Source: Acholeplasmatales bacterium
Lineage (GTDB): Bacteria; Bacillota_I; Bacilli_A; Acholeplasmatales; Anaeroplasmataceae
Direction: 5' to 3'
Length of the DNA stretch: 64,000 nt
Assembly: GCA_024698125.1 (NCBI GenBank)
Contig: JAILRQ010000014.1
Location: 2,679 to 66,678, forward strand
The position numbers and the translations under genes are program-made. The notes beneath the pieces were generated by a model. The model did no database searches, was not told the DNA's origin, and saw nothing but the letters and a program-made list of their open reading frames with translations. Shown here one piece after another: positions 56,277 to 64,000 of this stretch; within the stretch, counting starts at the first letter, position 1, and each line of letters starts with the position of its first letter.

Positions 56277-56481
56277 AGTCCTCTAAACCACTTTCTGTCA
56301 TCTTTTTAACAACAAGCTTTTCATTAGATCCTAAAATATCATAGCACTTCTTTGAAAGCTCTAGACCCTTAGTATAGTCCTTTACAGCCTCATCAAGTGA
56401 TATTTCCTTATTCTCTAGGTTCTTTACAGTATTCTCAAGCTCTGTTAAAAGCTCCTCGAAGCTCTTATTTTCCTTCTCCAT
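56257..56481 (-). CDS. xseB: exodeoxyribonuclease VII small subunit
   Basis: 74 aa. FEELLTELENTVKNLENKEISLDEAV is typical. It overlaps both neighbours. Confidence 0.85.
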   Translation of the reverse strand: MEKENKSFEELLTELENTVKNLENKEISLDEAVKDYTKGLELSKKCYDILGSNEKLVVKKMTESGLEDFVKEDN

Positions 56482-57820
56482 TTTGATAAACCTCCATTAC
56501 CTTTGTAGTAATATTTCCGTCCTTCATTCGAACATTTAACACAGAATCACGCTTAACATCTTTTACACTCTTTATTGCATGTCCATCAATAGATGGAATA
56601 GAGTATCCCTTATCCATTAGATTCAATGGATTTAAGGCATTAAGCTTTGATGTATAAATATTAAACTCCTGATTCTTTCTATCAAGAATTATTCCAATGT
56701 TTTTATTTAAAAGCTTTAATGTGTTCTTTAAATCCGCTTCCTTTTGCTTAATAAGAGTTAGTGGGTTATTTGCCACAAATCTTTTAGACATGCTCTCAAG
56801 CTCTAGGCTCTTATGATACATTATGTTATTAATAGAAACATTAAGTCTATTAATTAAAGCTCTTAAATCCTTCTTATTCTCCTTAATCTTATTAGATGGT
56901 GAGGCATTATCAAGCCTCTCATCTAAATGAAGGAGAATTGTTTTATAGTTTTCAATCTTATTCATTAAATCCTTATACATCATATGAACTGATGTAAGGA
57001 TTTCATTTCTAAGCTCAACTGTATCAGGGGTTGCAAGCTCAGCAGCCGCAGTTGGTGTTGGAGCTCTAAGGTCTGATACAAAGTCTGAAATAGTAAAATC
57101 TATTTCATGACCAATTCCTGTAATAACAGGGATTTTAGAATTATAGATTGCCAGTGCTACTATCTTCTCATTAAATGCCCAAAGGTCTTCAATAGATCCT
57201 CCTCCACGTCCAACAATTAATGTATCACATAAATTATCGGAATTAGCACGCTCTATTTGCTTAACAATGTTATCCTTAGCATCTGGCCCTTGAACTATGG
57301 CTGGATATAGGATAACCCTTGTAAATGGATATCTACGTGAAATAGTATTTATAATATCACGAATTGCAGCTCCTGTAGGTGATGTTATAACACCTATTAT
57401 TGAAGGTATTCTTTTAATTGGCCTTTTATGAGCCAAATCAAAATATCCCTCCTTCTGCATTTCCTTCTTTAGCTTTTCAAACTGAATGTATAGGTCTCCT
57501 ATACCATCACTTTTCATTTCAGTAATGTTTATAGAATATGAACCAGATGGCTCATATACTGTAACCCTACCCTTAACGAAAACCTTCATTCCATCCTCAG
57601 GCTCAAAGTGAACCTTTGAGGCATAGGACGCGAACATGGCACATGAAATAGTTGCACCCTCATCCTTAAGGCTAAAATAAAAGTGTCCCTTTTGATTATG
57701 CTTAAAGTTTGATATTTCACCCTGTAATAGTACAGATTCAAGATGTCTGTCACAGTCAAACTTGTACTTTATATATTTAGTTAAAGCCGAAACAGTTAAA
57801 TACTGTGCATTATCTTCCAT
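56465..57820 (-). CDS. xseA: exodeoxyribonuclease VII large subunit
   Basis: N-terminal OB fold (LLQGEISNFKHNQKGHFYFSLKDE). GRGGGSIEDLWAFN motif. Confidence 0.9.
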   Translation of the reverse strand: MEDNAQYLTVSALTKYIKYKFDCDRHLESVLLQGEISNFKHNQKGHFYFSLKDEGATISCAMFASYASKVHFEPEDGMKVFVKGRVTVYEPSGSYSINITEMKSDGIGDLYIQFEKLKKEMQKEGYFDLAHKRPIKRIPSIIGVITSPTGAAIRDIINTISRRYPFTRVILYPAIVQGPDAKDNIVKQIERANSDNLCDTLIVGRGGGSIEDLWAFNEKIVALAIYNSKIPVITGIGHEIDFTISDFVSDLRAPTPTAAAELATPDTVELRNEILTSVHMMYKDLMNKIENYKTILLHLDERLDNASPSNKIKENKKDLRALINRLNVSINNIMYHKSLELESMSKRFVANNPLTLIKQKEADLKNTLKLLNKNIGIILDRKNQEFNIYTSKLNALNPLNLMDKGYSIPSIDGHAIKSVKDVKRDSVLNVRMKDGNITTKVMEVYQNGEGK

Positions 57821-57827
57821 ACTATCC

Positions 57828-58226
57828 CTACTTACCTAATTGTTTTCTAATATTATCTAAAAGCTTATTATTAAATTTAACTTCCTTCTTATCTCCAGCA
57901 TCAGTATACATTTTAGTAATCTCTAATGCCTCATTGATAGCTATAGCAGGTGCTACAACATCATTCTTCATTTCATATGTTGCAAGCTCTACAATTGATC
58001 TATCAACAACATTTAATCTATTAAGTGTATATCCAACTAAGGCATTGGCAATAATTTCATCAATTGCCTTAATATCAGCCATTGTACCTAAGGCATACTT
58101 TATAGCTAAATCATCACCATCAGTGATAACAGCTGCGGCTATTTGTGCAGCCTCTGTGTTATTCATATGGCAGCTATAAATTACCTTAATTGCGTCAATT
58201 CTTGACTCTCTTATAGATTTTGACAT
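57828..58226 (-). CDS. nusB: transcription antitermination factor NusB
   Basis: 132 aa, helical. It occupies the conserved position upstream of xseA. DRSIVELATYEM resembles the NusB core. Confidence 0.8.
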   Translation of the reverse strand: MSKSIRESRIDAIKVIYSCHMNNTEAAQIAAAVITDGDDLAIKYALGTMADIKAIDEIIANALVGYTLNRLNVVDRSIVELATYEMKNDVVAPAIAINEALEITKMYTDAGDKKEVKFNNKLLDNIRKQLGK

Positions 58227-58312
58227 AATACCATCTCCAAATCATACCCTATTATATCATTTATGAGGGATTATATAAAGGATTTTATTACATAAATTAT
58301 TATAATAATTTA

Positions 58313-58339
58313 ATAAAAAAGCTGCACAAATGTGCAGCC
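58313..58339 (-). terminator. rho-independent terminator
   Basis: Minus strand reads gctgcac-attt-gtgcagc followed by tttttt. Confidence 0.7.
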
Positions 58340-58345
58340 TATTTA

Positions 58346-61300
58346 CTAATTATTATTTGCTGTATAATCCTTGATTAATGTATCAATGGTATCACTACTC
58401 TTTAGTATGTCCCCACCTACAATATCAATACCTATTGTATGAAGTAGGCCAATCTCTCCCTTTGATTTTAAGGATGAGGCGTACATCTTAATATTCATTT
58501 CATCAAGTGATGTCTTTAAGGCCTTAGTAAGCTCTAGGCTATAAAGAGATTGATTACATATATAGGCATTAAGCTTATTCTTTATTACAAGATCAAAGGA
58601 TTCTGATAAAAGATTAATACCAAGTGTATTGTAGTATACTGCAAGGTCTACTATTGAGCCTTCAATATCATCAACAATATTAAATGACACAACCTGTCCT
58701 GGAACCTTTAAATATTTAAGCTTTTGCTCTAAGAATATTTTAAATCTCTTATCCATAATAACACTCTTATGGATAGGTATTAAAACAGGGAAATATACCT
58801 TACATCTATCATAGAAGGTCTTAAGCTCAAATAGGGTTTCAGAGATTATATATTTATCATATGTCTTCTTTATATCTCTTATACAAACAACCTTATTAAA
58901 GTATTCCTCGTCGCAATCAAACTGACGTAGGTTTGGACGTGGAATATAATACTCAATTGTACCCTCATCAGCATTAACCATTTGCTTATAGCAAATCTTT
59001 AATTCTCTTGTATCAATTGCCTCTGTACAATAAAGTATTATTTGAGAATCTCTAAATCTTTGAAGAGCTCTGTCCTTATCATAGAAGGCTATATCCTCTT
59101 CTCCCTCTCTTGCGTCTATTAACGCCTCTGAGGCATAAGATATTACCTTACGGCAATCCACCTGGCCCATAGCCTTAGTATAACGATAAATACCCGCCTT
59201 CATCTTAAGCTTAAGCCTTGGGTTTATTTCAAAGGATTTCGCTCTTATCTCATCTAAGATATCAGAAACCCTCTTCTTAATAGCTCTCATATCATTTATA
59301 TCAAAGAATACTAGCATAAACTTATCATTTTCTAAATGATATACATCCATGTTTTTATTAATTTCCTTCTTTAATATTTTTCCTATAAGTAGGGTTAGAT
59401 CATCCGCAAACTTATAGCCATAAATATCAAAGTAGGTATCATAATTATCATTTTTAATTAAGGCTACCGCAAACTTCTTAGAAATAATTGCCTCATCAAG
59501 ATCAATATATAGCATACTCTTATTCTTAAGATGAGAGATTTGATTATTATAGGCCTTATTCTCTAAGGCACGCTCCTTAGTCTCTATTTTAGTTTCATCG
59601 CTAAGAATGCTATATATTTCAAGGACTGATGAGTCATTTGCCATTATATCCTCTTTAATGTATCTTCCATTTATGTGGTAATAAATGGTTGCTTCATTAG
59701 TAAGTCTTTCATATATTTTTCTATATGCTTCCTTATATCCTACAACATCCTTTGCATCAATAAGAGCTATATACTCACTATCCTCAAGCTTTCTTTGATT
59801 AAGACCTAGAAGTAAGGCTGCCCCATCATTTAGGGTAATCTCCTTATCCTCCTCTACCTTTAATCCCTGCTTTGAATGAGATGTAATGAAATCATACATT
59901 CTCATTTCCTTTGAGGTATCAAAGGTATCATATAGCTCATTTATAAAGATGTTTAAAACTTGAGTTAGGGTTTTAAGGGATTCATAAATATAAATGTCCT
60001 TAAACTCTGATGTATAAAAGTTATAGCAGATTGCTCCTATTGGCTTATCATTACGGAATAGGGTAAAGCCTATTACTGCTTTAAAGCTATCCTCAAATGG
60101 TCGTGATGTGATTATATTCTTATCCCATAGGGATTCCTTTACATTTATTAGTAAAAGCTTTGTTGAATTATTAAGAAGCTCCTCAAATGGAGAGTCCTTA
60201 ATCATATCATCAGTAAATGTCTTCTCATATACCCTTGATACCTTATAATGGAAGCCATCTCCATTATGATTTAAGGCTATTACTATTTCACATTTAGAAT
60301 AAAGACGTTCAATCTCCATTCCATAATTTCTTAAAATATCTCTAAATCTTAATCCCTTATTAGGATTTAAGGCGCTTAATACTCCCTCAAGAGCCTTAAA
60401 TCTTTCAGTTATAGCAATAGGTGTTTCCTTAACCTCTGACTTAACCTCAGTGAAATGAGATTTAGCCTCACTAGGTCCTCTTAAGGAAATGTTTATTGTC
60501 TCCTCCTCTAAAGGCTCTGGAATAATTTCATCCTCAATAATATTAATATTGATAGATTTCTTCTTTTCCTTCTTTTTATCCTTCTTTAAAGCCTTTATCT
60601 CTTCCTCAAGGGAGGCGATACTCTCCTCATATTCCTCAACACCAAATCTATTTTGAATAGCCTTTGATACTAAAAGAGCAGTTTCTGCAAACTCTAAGGC
60701 TACACTCTTTTCAGCATCAAGATAGATATCATGATACTCTGACTCTAAAATCATTGCACGTCTATTCTCTGAGTTCTTTAAATGAATATTTAATAAAATG
60801 GTCGCTGAGGCTACCTTTGATGTAATATCTATTTGCTTATCATTAATATAGCTTAAAATAAAGGCCTGAGCCTCATTAAGCTTTCTTTGCTCATATAGCA
60901 TAGAAGCTTCTCTTACATAAAGCTTAAAAAGCTTTTCAAATTGGAAGCTCTTTTCATAATATGCCTTAAGCTTTTTGTATGAGTCATAGAAGTTATCATA
61001 TTCCTTATCATAAAACTGTAGAGTAGATAGCTCCTCTAGGGCCTTAATTCTTTTATCATCATCAATATCCTCAAAAAGATATTGTGTTATTGTTCTTTTA
61101 AGCTCAACCCTATTACCAACATTAGTATAATATCTAATCATATCATAGATGTATTGATCCTTATCAATAGTCTTTAAATGATCATTTTTGATATCAATAT
61201 ACTTTAAGGCCTGGTCGTTGTTATCAAGAGATAAAAATATCTCAATTAGGGTATCACAAAGCGCTACTACAGAATCATTATCGTAGCTTGCAAAATAAGG

Positions 61301-61483
61301 TGTAAGGCTTAAAAGGATACGAAGCGCATCCTTATCCTTATCTTGGGTGTGAAGGATTAAAGCCTTATAGGCTATAGCCCTTGCGTACTCATATGAAGTT
61401 TCATCCTTGTCTCTTAAAAACATATCAATTTTTCTTATTGATTTCTTATCGTTTTCAAGACTAAGCACCTCATCAAGTGTCAT
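58346..61483 (-). CDS. 1045-aa cytoplasmic protein: TPR-like N-terminus, GAF-like middle, degenerate GGDEF and degenerate EAL domains
   Basis: The GGDEF position reads ENDKFMLVF. The EAL-domain start reads ELKICYKQMVN...GTIEYYIPRP, with EYY in place of EAL. This predicts a non-catalytic protein. Confidence 0.6.
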   Translation of the reverse strand: MTLDEVLSLENDKKSIRKIDMFLRDKDETSYEYARAIAYKALILHTQDKDKDALRILLSLTPYFASYDNDSVVALCDTLIEIFLSLDNNDQALKYIDIKNDHLKTIDKDQYIYDMIRYYTNVGNRVELKRTITQYLFEDIDDDKRIKALEELSTLQFYDKEYDNFYDSYKKLKAYYEKSFQFEKLFKLYVREASMLYEQRKLNEAQAFILSYINDKQIDITSKVASATILLNIHLKNSENRRAMILESEYHDIYLDAEKSVALEFAETALLVSKAIQNRFGVEEYEESIASLEEEIKALKKDKKKEKKKSININIIEDEIIPEPLEEETINISLRGPSEAKSHFTEVKSEVKETPIAITERFKALEGVLSALNPNKGLRFRDILRNYGMEIERLYSKCEIVIALNHNGDGFHYKVSRVYEKTFTDDMIKDSPFEELLNNSTKLLLINVKESLWDKNIITSRPFEDSFKAVIGFTLFRNDKPIGAICYNFYTSEFKDIYIYESLKTLTQVLNIFINELYDTFDTSKEMRMYDFITSHSKQGLKVEEDKEITLNDGAALLLGLNQRKLEDSEYIALIDAKDVVGYKEAYRKIYERLTNEATIYYHINGRYIKEDIMANDSSVLEIYSILSDETKIETKERALENKAYNNQISHLKNKSMLYIDLDEAIISKKFAVALIKNDNYDTYFDIYGYKFADDLTLLIGKILKKEINKNMDVYHLENDKFMLVFFDINDMRAIKKRVSDILDEIRAKSFEINPRLKLKMKAGIYRYTKAMGQVDCRKVISYASEALIDAREGEEDIAFYDKDRALQRFRDSQIILYCTEAIDTRELKICYKQMVNADEGTIEYYIPRPNLRQFDCDEEYFNKVVCIRDIKKTYDKYIISETLFELKTFYDRCKVYFPVLIPIHKSVIMDKRFKIFLEQKLKYLKVPGQVVSFNIVDDIEGSIVDLAVYYNTLGINLLSESFDLVIKNKLNAYICNQSLYSLELTKALKTSLDEMNIKMYASSLKSKGEIGLLHTIGIDIVGGDILKSSDTIDTLIKDYTANNN

Positions 61484-61486
61484 ACC

Positions 61487-61921
61487 TTAAATCTCCTTAA
61501 TCATAGCCTTTCCATCTTCAACAACTGCATATGTTCTACCATATTTAAGTGAGCCTGGATTTACGAAGATAATTCCATTATCACTAAATATACATGCCTC
61601 GTGGGTATGTCCAAAAAATACATAATCACATGAAAGCTCTATAGCTCTATAATAAAGATTCATATATCCCATCTTTACTCTATAGGTATGTCCATGTGTT
61701 ATAAATAGCTTTTTATTATCAACCTCTATTAAATGCTCTAAATTATCATCATAGGCATCACAGTTACCATCTACAAAGGTGATATCATATTTTTTAAGCA
61801 AAGCTCTATCTATACAGTAATCCCCACAGTGAATTACCTTATAGCCCTTATATTTTTTTATAAGCTCTACCATTAAATCCTTATCCCTATGAGTATCACT
61901 TATTATTAATAAATTCCTCAT
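61487..61921 (-). CDS. YfcE/MJ0936-family metallophosphoesterase
   Basis: IISDTHRD, CGD, GNCD and GHTH motifs. Confidence 0.8.
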   Translation of the reverse strand: MRNLLIISDTHRDKDLMVELIKKYKGYKVIHCGDYCIDRALLKKYDITFVDGNCDAYDDNLEHLIEVDNKKLFITHGHTYRVKMGYMNLYYRAIELSCDYVFFGHTHEACIFSDNGIIFVNPGSLKYGRTYAVVEDGKAMIKEI

Positions 61922-62489
61922 AAATCTTCTTTAGCTCCTCTAAGGCCTTAGCTCTATGAGAAATTGTATTCTTCTCCTCTAGAGTTATTTCTGCCATAGT
62001 TCTTTTAAACTTTTCTATATAAAAATACGGATCATATCCAAAGCCATTATTACCACGTGGAGTATCTATAATCTCTCCCTCGCATGAGGCCTTAGTTATA
62101 ATATGCTTGCCATTTGGCTTGCATAAGCAAATAGCACAAACATATCTTGCATTTCTATTTTTAACATTCTTAATATTTTTTACAAGTAGTGCATTATTAT
62201 CACTATCGTTATGCTGTGGTCCTGCATATCTTGCAGAATATACACCAGGCTCTCCATTAAGGCCATCGCACATAAGACCACTATCATCTGCTATAGCAAG
62301 CTCTCCTGTAAGCTCTGCGATAGCCTTAGCCTTTATAAGTGCGTTTTCCTCAAATGTTGTACCTGTTTCCTCAACATCAATATTAATTCCCTTTTCCTCT
62401 AGGGATTTAAGCTCGATATTTGAACCCTCAAATATCTTCTTAAACTCTCTTATTTTATTCTTATTGTTAGATGCAATAATAATTTCCAT
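61896..62489 (-). CDS. rdgB: XTP/dITP diphosphatase (RdgB/HAM1)
   Basis: IIIASNNKNKIREF, ETGTTFEENA and FGYDPYF motifs. Confidence 0.88.
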   Translation of the reverse strand: MEIIIASNNKNKIREFKKIFEGSNIELKSLEEKGINIDVEETGTTFEENALIKAKAIAELTGELAIADDSGLMCDGLNGEPGVYSARYAGPQHNDSDNNALLVKNIKNVKNRNARYVCAICLCKPNGKHIITKASCEGEIIDTPRGNNGFGYDPYFYIEKFKRTMAEITLEEKNTISHRAKALEELKKIYEEFINNK

Positions 62490-62569
62490 ATATAAATCAC
62501 CAACCTAATTTTAACACAATATTTATTTAAAATAAATAAAGTATGGTATAATTAGTTGGGTGATTAGAA

Positions 62570-63325
62570 ATGTTATTGGAAAAAGTAAAGAAATTTTTTA
62601 CAAGGCCTCAGGCGATAAAGGCCATTATATTTATCGCTTTTTATTTTATAATGATGTTTGTTGTAGCGGAATATGTTATAACTCCATTATTTAAAAATAC
62701 AGCAGAAAGAATATATGATCTGCCATTTGATGATATTCCAGAAGCTAAGGTATATATGCTATCATCTATATTTGATGTAATATTATATATATTCCTTATT
62801 ATTCCACTTCTTATTGGATATTCATTTGAGCTACAGTATGACTTCTTCCATACAGTATCAGATAAGAGATATGGTAAGTTCTTATTAATCTCACTTGGAG
62901 TATTCTATGTTGGAAGTATTATGGCATCAATGCTTGCAAACGTAATATATCATGATTCAACATCTGCCAACCAGGAATCAATTGAAAGTACTTTAAACGC
63001 TGGTAGAGTAGCCGCTATATGTATGTTTACAGCAGCTGTAATAATTGGACCTATTGTTGAGGAGCTTATATTTAGACAGGCTATGTTTGACCTGCTTATA
63101 AATAAGTATGTAGCTACTATTGTTTCATCATTTATATTTGCGTTAATCCACGTTGTATCATCAACTGGATCATTTAGATTTATGGTATCTATTACTCTTC
63201 CATATTTTGTATCTGGACTATTGTTTGCTACAATATATGAAAAAAGCCATAGAAATATATGGCTTTCAATTGGAGTTCACGCAATAAGTAACTGTATATC
63301 CTTAATAATAGCACTTAATGCTTAA
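62570..63325 (+). CDS. CPBP (CAAX) family intramembrane glutamic endopeptidase
   Basis: GPIVEELIFRQ (EExxxR), FALIHV, and HAISN motifs. Multi-TM. Confidence 0.8.
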   Translation: MLLEKVKKFFTRPQAIKAIIFIAFYFIMMFVVAEYVITPLFKNTAERIYDLPFDDIPEAKVYMLSSIFDVILYIFLIIPLLIGYSFELQYDFFHTVSDKRYGKFLLISLGVFYVGSIMASMLANVIYHDSTSANQESIESTLNAGRVAAICMFTAAVIIGPIVEELIFRQAMFDLLINKYVATIVSSFIFALIHVVSSTGSFRFMVSITLPYFVSGLLFATIYEKSHRNIWLSIGVHAISNCISLIIALNA

Positions 63326-64000
63326 GCTTATCATATTGCTTTAAAAGATTATAGGAATCAGTATAATTTAATAATCTTGCGTAATCTATAGGACGATAAT
63401 TAAAATCGTCCTTTTTATCTATATTGTATCTATTTGCTTGCTGCTTAACTCTTAAAAAATCATTATGAATTACCGCAACATGAAGTGGATACCTTTTTAA
63501 ATACTTGTTATATTTTACACTATTCATCTGATATTCAATGTAGTCATGAATCTCACCCTTAGTGATATCAAGAATGGTTTCATAAAATCCATTTCTTTTA
63601 TCTAGTAGGGCTCCATATGAGATAAGTAGCTTAATCATATCATAGTCCTTCTCACGGGCTGCAAAAAATATTGGAGTTTCTCCAAAGTTATCTGCAGAAT
63701 TCGCAAGGACTCCATTTCTTAAAAGATATAGGGCTATATCCTGATCCTTTACCATACAAGCCTCATGAAGTAGGTTTCTTCTTGTATAGTTTAGTGAGTT
63801 TAATAGTTCCTTATTCTTTGATGTGATTTCCTTTAATAGATTAAGGTTATGAGAACGAACAATAGAGAAGCAAATATTCTCATCATTTTTATCTACTACC
63901 TTTAAATCAACATTAGAATCTAAAAGGATATGTGCCATATCCATCTTACGTTGATTTAAGGCTACCATAATAGCACTCTCACCCTTGTTGTTTGTAAGAT
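63315..64000 (-). CDS. ankyrin-repeat protein; the N-terminus probably lies beyond the window
   Basis: NLLHEACMVKDQDIALYLLRNGVLANSADNFGETPIFFAAREKDYDMIKLLISYGALLD contains canonical ANK repeats. The frame stays open upstream of M63968 to position 64000 (..TNNKGESAIM). Confidence 0.7.
   Translation of the reverse strand, partial: LTNNKGESAIMVALNQRKMDMAHILLDSNVDLKVVDKNDENICFSIVRSHNLNLLKEITSKNKELLNSLNYTRRNLLHEACMVKDQDIALYLLRNGVLANSADNFGETPIFFAAREKDYDMIKLLISYGALLDKRNGFYETILDITKGEIHDYIEYQMNSVKYNKYLKRYPLHVAVIHNDFLRVKQQANRYNIDKKDDFNYRPIDYARLLNYTDSYNLLKQYDKLKH

Noticed and set aside
4799-62508. Remaining short track ORFs nested in or antisense to larger genes
   Set aside because: The ORFs are 4799, 6790, 7448, 23088, 24361, 24987, 26161, 27980, 32026, 32346, 32637, 33339, 33768, 35965, 38059, 40214, 43445, 44110, 45136, 50425, 52159, 57805, 62107 and 62211. 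Each overlaps a longer ORF with clear family motifs. None has a convincing SD. All are treated as non-coding.
1-64000. CRISPR arrays, prophage, IS elements and rRNA
   Set aside because: I saw no regularly spaced short direct repeats, no cas, integrase, transposase, capsid or terminase-like ORFs, and no rRNA-like conserved stretches.
1-64000. Alternative genetic code (UGA=Trp, as in Mollicutes)
   Set aside because: Long ORFs are intact under the standard bacterial code, several genes end in TGA (for example the ATGA overlaps at 2139 and 32833), and a TGG Trp codon is used.

Overview
Low-GC Bacillota-type chromosomal window, possibly a gut Erysipelotrichia or Clostridia relative (taxon is a guess). 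It holds about 62 protein genes, more than 90% on the minus strand, and one tRNA-Leu(CAA). I saw no rRNA, CRISPR array, transposase or integrase. The backbone is housekeeping: pepT, tcdA, DAHP synthase, argS, ispH, dinB, the recN-tlyA-dxs-xseB-xseA-nusB block, rdgB, and a DEAD-box helicase. Five things stand out. (1) At 19.8-23.9 kb there is an AT-richer, translationally coupled operon with no mobility gene. It encodes a 31-aa uORF, a Dam-like (D12) N6-adenine methyltransferase, an orphan 125-aa protein, a DUF262/DUF1524 (GmrSD-like) nuclease and a DUF3883 PD-(D/E)xK protein. This is my best candidate for an undescribed methylation-linked defence system. (2) At the left edge (1-4270) there is a RiPP-like operon. 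A consensus promoter drives a secreted protein and an unannotated 40-aa acidic peptide ending in GG. A strong hairpin terminator follows, then PqqD/RRE, an S24/S26 peptidase, an ABC exporter and an NTP_transf_5 nucleotidyltransferase. No recognisable core-modifying enzyme lies in the window. (3) The 830-bp stretch at 28.85-29.67 kb looks intergenic but holds three stacked promoter-to-terminator units. These are a ~215-nt G+C-rich structured RNA of unrecognised class, a 54-aa coiled-coil ORF, and a ~90-nt sRNA candidate. (4) There are three large adhesin-like surface proteins, one with four 210-bp tandem repeats, and four c-di-GMP proteins. (5) A dGTPase-family HD gene sits directly behind dinB. 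All calls rest on motif recognition by eye and hand translation; no database search was possible.
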